From Chiloscyllium plagiosum (Eukaryota): a stretch of 64,000 bases of DNA. Shown one piece after another: positions 51,471 to 63,120 of the stretch (positions within the stretch are counted from its first letter, which is position 1; every line of letters begins with the position of its first letter). The stretch is from assembly GCF_004010195.1 (NCBI RefSeq), contig NW_025215329.1, positions 27,245-91,244 on the forward strand, read 5' to 3'. The notes below the pieces were generated by a model. It ran no database searches. It saw only the letters and a program-made list of their open reading frames with translations, and was not told the origin of the DNA. The translations under genes were made by a program, and so were the position numbers.

Positions 51471-52584
51471 ACTCATGTGATTTAAGCACACAGTCTGAGG
51501 AAAGGTTAAACTAAACCAACATCCTTTATTCCCCCGGCATTTGATCTTGACAAACATTAATGGGAAAGCTTATTAAACTAAACAAAATGAAAGAATTGCA
51601 GATGCTGTAAGTCAGAAGCAAAAACAGAAATTCCTAAAGAAACTCAGCAGGTCTCAGAAGGATTCTTAAGAAAGGTCACTGGACCCAAAACATTAACTCT
51701 GCCTTCTCTCCACAGATGCTGCCAGATCTGCTGAGTCTTGTCAGCAATTTCTGCTTTTGTAACAGAAAAGCTTAAGTCCCAGAAGCCAATGAATATTCAT
51801 GACTGACACCCCAGATTCACCAGGATATCATTGAGAGTTTCACTCCTGATCTCTGATAAACCAGGAGACAGAGTTCGATTGATGGAGTTCCTACTGCACA
51901 CTTCTTGTCGCCACGTCACTTCAGCTCAAACAAAATCTTCCCTGAGCTCGTGGCTTCTTAGACTCAGATGTACTGCCGCGTACAGTCTGCCTCAGTCTCC
52001 AGCAGTTGTACACCTCCCTGAGGTCTCCTTTTCAGTTTCCACATCACCACCAAACAATTTGAGCTGAGCTGTTCAGGACATTCCTCCACGCTACAGCTCA
52101 TGCATCAGCAGCTCCTCTCCCCAACCCCCTCTCAATTCTTGCCATCTGGTCCCACCTGTTCTTCAGCGTACTCGCTCGGTGACAGAGGCTGTCTCTACGC
52201 CTACCACTTTGTATTTCCCCACTTCTACTGGTGGGGTCACAGGTTCCGGCTGATATGCCCTGCATCCGAGCCCACTGCTGAATTTGAAGTCAGGACACCG
52301 AGGTTGAGCACCTCACCTGCCACGCACTGGTAGGAAGGTACATCGTGAGAAGGCTACAAAGAGTCCACAAAGGAATCCAGTTAGGTTCTGTAATTGGGCA
52401 AAAAAAGTGATAAATGGAATACAATGCAAGAAGATGGGGGTAGTCCACCTTGGCATGGAGAATAGAAAAAGAGAATGTTATTTAAATAGGGACAGACTAC
52501 AGAATGTTGCAGTACAGAGTGATCTGGGTGTCCTTGTATATGAAATACAATACATGAACATGCAGGTACAGCATGTAATTAGAA

Positions 52585-53757
52585 GGTCATAGAGAATCAT
52601 AGACTCATAGAGCTGCATGGCAGGGAAACAGGTCCACCTTGTTCATGCCAACCAGATGTCCTAAATGAATCTAGTTCTATTTGGCCCAAGTCCCTCTAAA
52701 CCCTAATATTCATATACCTATCCTAATGCCTTTGAAATATTGCAATTATACCAGCCTCCACCACTTCCTCCAGCACCTAGTTCCATACACACACCACCTT
52801 CAATGTGAAAAAGTTGCCCCTAATGTCCCTTTCAAATCTTTCCCCCACACCCTGAACCTTAAACCCTCTACTCTGGGAAAAGACTTTGATTATTTACCCT
52901 ATCCATGTCACTCATGGTTTTGTTAACCTCTATAGAGTCACCCCTCAGCCTCCAACACGCCAGGGAAAACAGCCCCAGCCTATTCAGCCCCTCCCTATCG
53001 CTCAAACCCTCCAACTCTGGCATCAGCCTTGTAAATCTTTTCTCAACCCTTTCAAGTCTCACAGCATCCTTCCTATTGGAGAGAGAATAGAATTGCATGC
53101 AATATTCCAAAAGTGGCCTAACAGCATCCTGTATAGCATCCTGTATAGCCACAACATGACCTCCCAACTCCTGTACTCAATACTCTGACCAATAAAGGAA
53201 AGCATACCAAATGCCTTCCTCACTATCCTATCTACCTGCGACTCCACTTTCAAGGAGCTATGAACCTGCACTCCAAGGTCTCTTTGTTCAGCAACACTCC
53301 CTAGGACCTTACCATTAAGTGTATAAGCCCTGCTCTGATTTGCTTTCCCAAAATGCAGTACCTCACATTTATCTAAATTAAACTCCATCTGCCACTCCTC
53401 AGTCCATTGGCCCGTCTGATCAAGATCCTGTCGTACTGTGAGGTAACCTTCTTCGCTGTCCACTATACCTCCAATTTTCGTGTCGTCTGCAAAATTTATT
53501 AACTATACCTCTTAAGTTCACATCCAAATCGTTTATATAAATGACTAAAAGTAGTGGACCCAGCACCGATCCTTGTGGCACTCCACTGGTCACAGGCCTC
53601 CAGTCTGAAAAACAACCCTCCACCACCACCCTCCGTCTTCTACCTTTGAGCCAGTTCTGTATCCAAATGGCTAGTTCTCTCTGTATTCCATGAGATCTAA
53701 CCTTGCTAACCAGTCTCGCATGAGGAACCTTGTCAAATGCTTTACTGAAATCCATAG
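52585..53757 (-). mobile_element. HER1-like CR1 RT/3' fragment
   Basis: [48 protein letters not shown]. Confidence 0.92.
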
Positions 53758-54347
53758 ATCTTTAGATGGAAATGTGCTTAAGAAGGTCAGCAGAATGTTT
53801 GTTCATTGCAAGGCAGTTGGATGACAAAAGTAGAGACGTTTGGTTGCACCTTCAGAAGGTGTTTGTGAGACTGCACCTAAAGCACTGCATGCAGTTTTGG
53901 TTTCCTCAGTGAAGAAAAGGAATGATTGCAGTGGAAGCAGAATAGAGCACATTCATCAGTCTGATTCCTAGGTATGCGAATTACAATAAGCAGGTTGGTC
54001 CTATATTCACTGGAGTTTAGAGATGAGAGATGATATTACTGAAATATCTCAAGGGACATGTCAGGGCAGATGCTTCAAGAATGGTTCCTCTCATCGAGAA
54101 ATCAACGATGAGGATATAGCTTAAAAATAAGAGGTCTTCCACTTAAGATGAAAATGTGAAATGTATTTTCTGTCAGAGGGTTGTTAGTATTTGGAATTGT
54201 TTTTCCACTGAGCCCAGTGAGGCAGGGACATTGACTGTATTCAAGGCTGAGTGAGATAGATTTTTATAGAAAGGCATTCTAGGAACATGGGGGTAGGAAG
54301 GAATGTGGAGTTAAGACCACATTTGAATCAGCCATAAATTTATGGAA

Positions 54348-54551
54348 GGAGAAAGTGAAGGCTGCAGATGCTGGAGATCAGAGCTGAAAATGTGTTGCTG
54401 GAAAAGCGCAGCAGGTCAGGCAGCATCCAAGGAACAGGAGAATCGACGTTTCGGGCATAAGCCCTTCTTCGGGCTTATGCCCGAAACATCGATTCTCCTG
54501 GTTCTTGGATGCTGCCTGACCTGCTGCGCTTTTCCAGCAATACATTTTCAG
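54348..54551. mobile_element. Palindromic PLE mini-element
   Basis: 15-bp TSD cataaatttatggaa at 54333-54347 and 54552-54566. Confidence 0.9.
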
Positions 54552-55801
54552 CATAAATTTATGGAACCCCTCTATGAAAGGGGTAAAATTTCTGATTTCT
54601 GCTCCCATTTCTAATGTTCTTACCTTCGTATTTTTGGCTGAAAAACCATGCACCCATTACCAGATTAACAGTGGGCACTGATGTTTACCCTAACTTGGAC
54701 CTAAATCCTGACCCAGACCTCTGTTCAGTCAGTGGAAAATCAGTCGAGATAATGACCCCATTCCTTATCTGACCCAAATCTTTGTCTGTCATCAAAAACC
54801 TGGACCCAAGCCTTGACCTGTTCATCTGAGCCTCAAAATTAACCAAGACACCATCTTGAACTTTAACCCCAACTGTTAACACAGCTTTTATTTAGATCTG
54901 GTCCTAAAACCAGCCCTGACCCAGACACTCATATTAGCATTGACCCATTGTGCTCCAAACCATGACACTGGTCCCTATGTAATCAAATTCTGTCCTCAAT
55001 ATAAACCCTAATCCAGGTTCTGTTCCCCATCCAACCACCAACCCTGACGATGACCCTGACTTTCACCTCACCTCTTTGCCTATGTCCAGAGTCTGACCTC
55101 TGAAAATAAGCCCCGCCTTTTCTCTTGAAACCCCACAACAGTAATTCCAGGCTTGTGGAGAACAACTGCAAAGGTGACAACAGCTTTGATTGGATTGTCC
55201 CCACACTCCTGTTAAAGTTCAATCAGTTCAAAAGCATGGGCAGCCAATTCACCACTGTCTATCCTCTGCCTTCAAACATTAAAAACATCCACTTGTAGTA
55301 TTATCCACCCGTATAGGATGGGTTAGAATTGTTGATGATGTTCAACAGCTGCATTAGTCCTGGATCCACATTCCAGTACATGCCGAAGACGGCACAATCG
55401 ACTTGCTTTTTTGTACTTGCGGCTCATTACACTGTATGACCAAGGGCTTTGTTCCGAGTCATTGGACTCCCCCTCAAACCGGGATCACGAACGGTGCCAG
55501 GAATGAACCTAAGCCTCCAGACCAGCCATCGATCAAGGAGCCCCCCGATGGGCAGAAGGGCGCGAGACTTTTCATCTTTTTATTTATTTAATAAATATTC
55601 ACATTTAAGTAAGTCTATGTGGTCAAGTCTTCTCTTAACTGCATTTAACCGAATCCGAAGAACCATTTGTATACACTTTGTTATCCAAGACACCAACCTG
55701 ATGGAACATAGTCCCAGAGATGTCTTGTTTGTGGCACTTACCTCCAACTGCCCTTCCTCCACACTTGTACCAATGAATGATGGGACAGACTGTAGACTGT
55801 T

Positions 55802-56914
55802 GACTGTATCGGCGCCGCCTCGTGCTCCCACGAGGAGGTTGAACAGTTCATCCACTTCACCAACACCTTCCACCCCGACCTCAAATTCACCTGGACAGTC
55901 TCAGATTCCTCCCTCCCCTTCCTCGACCTTTCTATTTCCATCTCAGGCGACAGAATCAACACAGACATCTACTACAAACCAACCGACTCCCACAGCTTCC
56001 TGGACTATACCTCCTCCCACCCTGTCCCCTGGAAAAACGCCATCCCATTCTCCCAATTCCTTTGTCTCCGCCGCATCTGCTCCCAGGAGGACCAGTTCCA
56101 AAAACGTACAACCCAGATGGCCTCCTTCTTCAAGGACCGCAATTTCCCCCCCGACGTGGTCGACGATGCCCTCCACCGCATCTCTTCCACTTCCCGCTCC
56201 TCCGCCCTTGAACCCCGACCCTCCAACCGCCACCAGGACAGAACCCCACTGGCCCTCACCTACCACCCCACCAATCTCCATGGACAGCGCAACATCCGCC
56301 GTCATTTCCGCCACCTCCAAACAGACCCCAGCACCAAGAATATATTTCCCTCCCCTGCCCTATCAGCTTTCCGTAGAGACCACTCACTCCGCGACTCCCT
56401 TGTCAGATCCACACACCCCACCGACCCAACCACCACTCCCGGCACCTTCCCTTGCAACCGCAGGAGGTGCAACACTTGCACCCACACCTCCCCCCTCACT
56501 TCTCTCCAAGGCCCCAAGGGAAACTTCCATATCCGCCACAGATTCACCTGCACCTCCACCCACATCATCTACTGCATCCGCTGCAACCGGTGTGGCCTCC
56601 TCTATATTGGGGAGACAGGCCGCCTACTTGCGGAGCGATTCAGAGAGCACCTCTGGGCCACCCGGACGAACCAACCCAACCAACCTGTGGCACAGCATTT
56701 CAACTCCCCCTCCCACTCCACCGAGGATATGCAGGTCATTGGACTCATCCACCGCCAAACCACAACAACCCGACGGTCGGAGGAGGAACGTCTTATCTTC
56801 CGACTGGGAACCCTCCAACCACAGGGGATGAACATGGACTTCACCAGTTTCTTCATCCCCCCTCCCCCCAACTTGTCTCAGCCGAATCCCTCCAGCCCAG
56901 CACCGCCTTCCTGA
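55802..56914 (+). CDS. PLE RT C-terminal half, Cys-rich linker and GIY-YIG endonuclease (uninterrupted frame, N-terminus missing)
   Basis: DCIGAAS..FTNTFHPDLKFTW..LPFLDL..IYYKPTDSH..LRRICS..FPCNRRRCNTC..IIYCIRCNRCGLLYIGETGRLLAERFREH..LGTLQPQGMN. Confidence 0.9.
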   Translation, partial: DCIGAASCSHEEVEQFIHFTNTFHPDLKFTWTVSDSSLPFLDLSISISGDRINTDIYYKPTDSHSFLDYTSSHPVPWKNAIPFSQFLCLRRICSQEDQFQKRTTQMASFFKDRNFPPDVVDDALHRISSTSRSSALEPRPSNRHQDRTPLALTYHPTNLHGQRNIRRHFRHLQTDPSTKNIFPSPALSAFRRDHSLRDSLVRSTHPTDPTTTPGTFPCNRRRCNTCTHTSPLTSLQGPKGNFHIRHRFTCTSTHIIYCIRCNRCGLLYIGETGRLLAERFREHLWATRTNQPNQPVAQHFNSPSHSTEDMQVIGLIHRQTTTTRRSEEERLIFRLGTLQPQGMNMDFTSFFIPPPPNLSQPNPSSPAPPS

Positions 56915-57066
56915 CCTGCAGTCTTCTTCTTGACCTCCCCGCCTCCATCCTACTCCGACCTATCACCCCCACCTTGACCCCTTTCCCCCTATCACATTTC
57001 CAACGCCCCTCCTCCAAGTCCCTCCTCCCTACCTTTTATCTTAGCCTGCTGGGCACACTTTCCTCA

Positions 57067-57100
57067 TTCCTGAAGAAGGGCTTATGCCCGAAACGTTGAT
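57067..57100 (+). ncRNA. Minimal type-I hammerhead ribozyme motif in the PLE terminal repeat
   Basis: ttc CTGAAGA A GGGC-TTAT-GCCC GAAA CGTT gat. Confidence 0.65.
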
Positions 57101-58779
57101 TCTCCTGCTCCTTGGATGCTGCCTGACCTGCTGCGCTTTTCCAGCAACACATTTTCAGCTCTGATCTCCAGCATCTGCAGTCCTCACTTTCTCCTCAATG
57201 ATGGGACTAGTTTAGTTTGGGATTATAATCAGCATGGACTGTTTGGGCCGAAGGGTCTGTTTCCCTGCTGGATTGACTCTACGACTGACCTTGTGATACC
57301 TTGATCATTGAGAAGTTAACTTTACCTACTACTCAGTCAAGCATATCTTAAGGGACTGTCCTTTATTTTCAATATTTGTTCTGTGTCCTTTAAGGGGTTC
57401 CTTTGTCCTTCATTTCAAGGACAGCCTATGGGTAGCTGAGTCTCTTTGACTGATAACATGCCCCAATGTAGCTTTTGGCCACCATGGAGTGTAGGGCCTT
57501 GTTAGTTTTCTCAGGAGCGAACAAAAATGTTCGAAGAATTATCTTTAGAAACACTATTTTTGATGCCCCAATGATTTTTCCTCATGGGTCACTTGCTACG
57601 AAGTCTAGAGATTAATCTCTAATATTCCACAGTAGCCCTGTGGAAATGGCAATGCCAAATCCACATCTTCAACATTAAAAAAAGGCAGTGAAGGAGCTAA
57701 AGGAAAGTTGAAAATTGCAAGATGAGACACTCTTGCAGCCTGGAGGATGACAATGTGGTCAGATATATCGGAAGAAAACACACATTGGAAAGAAACCTAT
57801 TTCATTCAAGGATTTGCTGGAATGTATGCAATTTAAATGTATACCATCAAGGAGTTAGGATTAAGCTGATTTGGATTTAAGTGGATTTGCGTAAAGTTGA
57901 AAATTGTTCTGACACTTCCCCAAAGGATCAATTTGTAATCGTACAGACCAGAAAGTGGAAGAAGGAACATTTGTTTTTCTGTGAAGCTTTTCACGACCTG
58001 AGGACATTCTAAACCACTTCACATCCAATGAGATACATTTGAAATGTCGTCACTGTTGTAACTTAAGGAAAGATCCTGGTTTCGGTCCTAGCCCATATTG
58101 AATCGATTCTGCACGCTGGCAGTTGCAATTTGTATCAGTTGCACGTGCTGCCAAACTAACCACTACCAGCTAATGGCTGTAATACAGTATTGCTCTCAAC
58201 CCACCTTTCTACTCAACCTGCTCAGAAAGGTTATTATATGTGTCTGGAACAGGTGGGGCTTGAACCTGGGCCTCCTGGTTCAGAGGTAGGGACACTATTC
58301 CTGCATCACAAGAGACCCTAACTCTCCTTTCTAATACGGGTCAAAGATCTTGTTTGCTTTAACAATGGTAGAGGATGAGCCATTAGTGAGTCTATCTGAG
58401 AAAGGGCATTGACTCGTTGGACATAACAGCAGGAGATAACGATGATCCATCTGTCTCTGTCAAGGTCTCCAATTAGATTCCTCTTTTCATCATCCAAGAC
58501 TGCATGACATCATCAGTTGGGTGGACCTTAATGCAAATCTCAGACATTAACCCTTTCCGAACCAATACATTATACAACAGTGTCAGTGCTGACAAAAGGG
58601 TGAGAAGGAAATATTGTCAATCGTTAAATATCCACCACTCTGGAAGTCTTACTTGTGTTTATAGGGTAAAGGTAACAAAGTGACTTAGCTGCGGCAGTGC
58701 CTACAGTTACAAATAGCCTGTGACCTTCAGCATATAAATTCAAGCCTACTGACTGCGTATTTGCAAACAAGACAGGAAA

Positions 58780-59740
58780 GAGATAGAATGCTCGGTGGCT
58801 TGGTGTAAAGATAACAGTCTCTCCCACCACATCAGCAAAACTAAAGAGCTGGTCATCAGGAAGCAAGGAGGAAGGCACATCCCTATCCACATCAATGGAG
58901 CTGAAGTGGAGATGGTAAAGACCATCAGGTTCCTAGGAGTGTCTATCACCAACAATCTGCCCTGGACCATCCACGTTGATGTGACGTCAAGAAGCTACAA
59001 CTTCACCTCCTCTTCCTAACGAGGTTAAGGAATTTCATGCATGTCCATAAGGACTCTCACTAACTTTTATACATGCATCTTAGAAAGCATTCTATCCAGA
59101 TGTAACGTGGCCTGATAAAACAACTGCTCTGCCCAGGACCGGAAGAAATTATAGAAAGTTATGATCACAGCCCAGTCCATCTCGGAAGCCAACCTTCCAA
59201 CCGTTGAGGAGAAAGTGAGGACTGCAGATGCTGGAGATCAGAGCTGAAATGTGTTGCTGGAATTCCTGAAGAAGGGCTCATGCCCAAAACGTCGATTCTC
59301 CTGCTCCTTGGATACTGCCTGACCTGCTGCGCTTTTCCAGCAACACATTTTCAGCTTCCAACCATTGACTCTATCTACACTTCTCACTGCCTCAGAAAGG
59401 CAGCCAACATCAGCAAAGACACATCCCACCCCGGTTATAATCTCTTCCATCCTCTTCAGGCAGAAGATACAGAAGCTTAAACACATATACCAACAGGTTC
59501 AAGAACAGTTTCTTCCCTGTGATTATAAGACTACTGAACGGACCTCTCAAATTTTCAATTTAATGTTGACCTCGCTCTTTGTGCACCTTCTGTGCAGCTG
59601 TAACATTGTATTGCTCGCTCTGTTTTATCACCCTAATGTATTTTATATGGTATGATCTGTCTATACTGTATGCAAAACAAAATATTTCACTGTACTTAGG
59701 TACACGTGACAATAAATCAAATCAAATCAAATTAAATCAA
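58780..59740 (+). mobile_element. Rex1/Babar-like LINE 3' fragment
   Basis: WCKDNSL..ISKTKELVI..HINGAEVEMVKTIRFLGVSITNNLPW; aataaa(tcaaa)n tail. Confidence 0.8.
59208..59354. mobile_element. Asymmetric palindromic PLE mini-element
   Basis: 14-bp TSD cttccaacc(g/a)ttga at 59194-59207 and 59355-59368. Confidence 0.88.
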
Positions 59741-61749
59741 GACTGCCACCCTAACACTAGTGAGCAGTGATGGAAAAGTGTGTGTGGCGGTGGGGAGAAA
59801 GGAGGGCAGTGGTGGGAGGAGTGTTACCGTTGCAGCCCTTCAGTACAATTGACTTGAGGTCTCCAGGAATGAGAAATTAATGTGCGAATAGCCTGCATGA
59901 CAATTCTAGAGGTATATAAAAACTACAGGCAAGTAAAAGAAAGACTTGCAATTATATAGTACTTATCATGAACACCAGATGTCTCAAAACATTTCGCAGT
60001 CAGTGAAGTGCTTTTTGAAGTGTAGCCCCTGTAATCTTTGAAATAATGCAGATTGTTTTTTTTTTGGAATAATTGTGATCGTTGGTGTTAAGAATAAGAA
60101 AAAGTCTGCTTGACAGACAGGTGACAATCACCATATTGGGTAATGAAGAGATTTCCAATTGGTATGGACAAGTGTCGCTATATGAAGGTGGCTGGAACAT
60201 GTACCCAATTGCACTGGAGGAGAGCAGAGTACAGCCGTGGGCAGCCCCTACATGTGGCACTACAGCAGCTCCAAATTTTACCTCGCAATGTAACTCCCAT
60301 GGATTGCACATCACGGCGAAGTTCTGGAGGCTGCAGATGGCTCCACAAATGTAGCTCAGCATGAGTCAGAAGAGTAGGAGTGAGGAGAGAAAAACAACAC
60401 TAAGTCTGACAGGGTAACAAATGTTTCTCAAATGATTCACAGGCAGTGAAGGAGAGAGACCAGAATATGGTACAATAAATCAGGAATTAAAAGCAGGAAG
60501 GGAAATTGACAATCAGAAATGAAAAATAGAGCCTGTATTTTTTATCGGTCCTTGCCACATCCTCAAGACTCCACAAAGTGCTTCCCTGTCGATGAGTTCA
60601 CCTTGACGCAGAGAGGCTCTTGATGTGTAAGCAGCCGCTTCGCATAGCACGATCCCACAATCAGCAAATAACGTCAGTGTGCTTCGGGTAATTTTAATTT
60701 AGAACGAGGAATGTTGGCCAGCTCACTAGTAAAACTCCTGCTTCTCCCTGAAGAGGAAGCCATGTTGTGATTTTGTTTTTGCTCGAGCCAATTGTTTAGT
60801 TTTTGGGGGGGTTTCTGTTTATCAGTACTTCCAATAGACAATGCCTTCAATACCCATCACTGCGCCAATGCATTAGCCAAGATTAGACTTGCTTTTCTAA
60901 CTCAATGGTGAGGGTCTTGTCCACTGAAGCACAATTACACCAGAGCATTGATGGCAAGAAAACTATAACTTAATGAGAATCATCTTTACATGGAGCAGGA
61001 AAGAATTAAAGATAATATCTTGATGTCTCCAGAAATGAAAGATCCTTTGAATAACACATGAAAAAATTCTGTGGGGGATTCATTTATTAAAAAATATTTC
61101 TTTGATCAGTTTCTATTCTTGGTTCATAAAAATATTGGACAGAAGGGAAAAAGGCTGTTTGGCAACCTGGCGAAAAAAAAGCCACCAAGTGTGTAATGAA
61201 GAGCTTTCCAATTGGCTTGGCAGAAACAGTGCATGGATGTGTCAGGGGATTACTGACAAGAGTGTGGGAAGTGGAGGCCATTAGCGGCTGGAGGTGACAT
61301 CTCTGGCAGTGTGACAACCCAAGTGACAACCTTCCATTTGCAACATGCAAGCGGGGAAAGAGTTGTAGAGAAGAGTATATTGGAACTTACAAATAATTTC
61401 CTCTCATCAGTATTCAGAGTAGAAGCCACTTTAACAGCTTTAATATAGCAACGGGCTGTATGGGATTCATCAGAGACTTTTATGCCAATAGAGGTTAGTA
61501 AAAGAACTGTTAATAATAAACTTCAACAATTGAAGATTCATAAAACTCTCGCCCTCGGTAAAATACACCTGGGAATATTAAAAAGTCAAAAGGAGAATAA
61601 GGAAGAGCTGTAGTTAAAATTCTGCAGAGGATGTTCAAAAACCAGAAGACAAGAGCAGGATAAATATAATTCAAGGTGTGGAGAAAATAAGAGGGAACAA
61701 GCCTGGATCAATTAACCTGACGCGATTAACGCAGAGGTTATCAGAGCAA

Positions 61750-62280
61750 AGTGTTATAGGAAGGATATTATTAAAGCTGGAGAGGTTTCAAGTAAGACCC
61801 TCCATGTTGAAGGTCCTCAAACCTTCCATTCTTGGCATCACCCTGGTAAGAGTTATAAGGAGAGGTTGGATAGGCTGGGTCTTCTTCCACAGGAGTGTAG
61901 GAAGTTGAAAGGTGACCGTAGAGAGGTCTATAACATCATGAGATGCATTGATAAGGTCAATGGCAGATATGTTTTCCCTACGGTGGGGAATTTCAAGACT
62001 AGGGTGCACATTTTGAAGGTGAGAGGAGAAAGATTTTAAAAAGAGGCATTTTTTTTTTACACAGAGAGTGGTTCGTGTGTAGAATGAATTTTCAGAAGAA
62101 GTGGTGGACGCAGGTACAGTTACAATTTTAAAAGATATTTAGACAAGTACATGAATAAGAAATGCTTGAAGGGATATGGGCCAAGTGCAGGCAATTGGGA
62201 CTAGTTTAATTGGGAATTATGGTCAGCATGGACTGGTTGGACCGAAGGATCTGTTTCCATGCTGTATGACTCTATGACTC
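61750..62280 (+). mobile_element. CR1 3' fragment with short internal inversion
   Basis: Homologous to 43430-43945; tatgactctatgact tail. Confidence 0.85.
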
Positions 62281-63120
62281 AATGACTGTATGAAACAGTT
62301 CAGTGCTGAGATCAATTTGGAGGCAGTAGACGAAGTGGCAGTTCATAACAGAGTTGGATGTGTCCAAGTTCATGAATTGTGTTCAATCATTGATATTGAC
62401 TTTACAAAGAGATATTATGAGCTCCTCCATAATAATGAAGCAGGTCTTAATGCTTGTACAGTCAATTAGCAAGAGAAATTAGAATTAAAGGTGAAGCTGT
62501 TTCTGAGCAACAGGCTGCCTTTAAAGAAAAGATAGTTCAAGCACAGTCCAGGTTTGCTCCCATAAAGGGGAAATAAATCCACAGAGGCTGGATGGCAAAA
62601 TAATAAAGATGAAGAAGACTGTGCCTATGACACGCATCCAGTGCTGAACCAGGCTGAATATAGAAGGTCCAGAAACAACTAAGATAAGTAAAGGGAGAAT
62701 ATAAAGAGAGATTGGCAATTAGAGTCTTAGAGTCATAGAGATGTAAGCATGGAAACAGACCCTTCAGTCCAACCCGTCCATGCCAACCAGATATCCCAAC
62801 CCAATCTAGTCCCACCTGATAGAGTCATAGAGATGTACAGCATGGAAAAATTAACAAAAGGCAATCCCCAAGTCTTCTATTTTTCATCTGTCTTTAACAA
62901 GAAAGGATATTCTGCACGGATAAAGTTTTAAAAGAATTATGCATAGGATGTGAGCATCATTGGTTAAGCCAGCATTTATTGCCCATCCCTAATTGCCCAG
63001 AGGGCAGTTCAGTGTTGACCACACTGCTGAGGGTCTGGAGTCACATGTAGGCCCGACCAGATAAAGTTGGCATTTTCGTTCTCTAAAGGACATTAGTGAA
63101 CCAGATGTTTTTTTGCCAAG

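Larger units (their letters stand above)
55787..57196 (+). mobile_element. 5'-truncated Penelope-like element (Neptune-like), young copy
   Basis: 11-bp TSD aatgatgggac at 55776-55786 and 57197-57207; complete 3' terminal repeat ending ctcactttctcctc. Confidence 0.92.

Noticed and set aside
55737..55786. Perfect minus-strand donor GAG|GTAAGT
   Set aside because: No acceptor; the upstream side is transposon sequence.
55449..56831. 460-aa Pro/Ser/Thr-rich ORF (longest in the window)
   Set aside because: Alternative frame of the C-rich Penelope ORF; it crosses the insertion junction and has no domain motifs.
10520..59354. Recurring 'MCCWKSAAGQAASKEQENRRFGHKP' peptides as a small-protein family
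   Set aside because: Antisense translations of the non-coding PLE terminal repeat.
60000..60364. Overlapping ORFs on both strands in unique sequence
   Set aside because: Short, no recognisable domain and no convincing paired splice sites.
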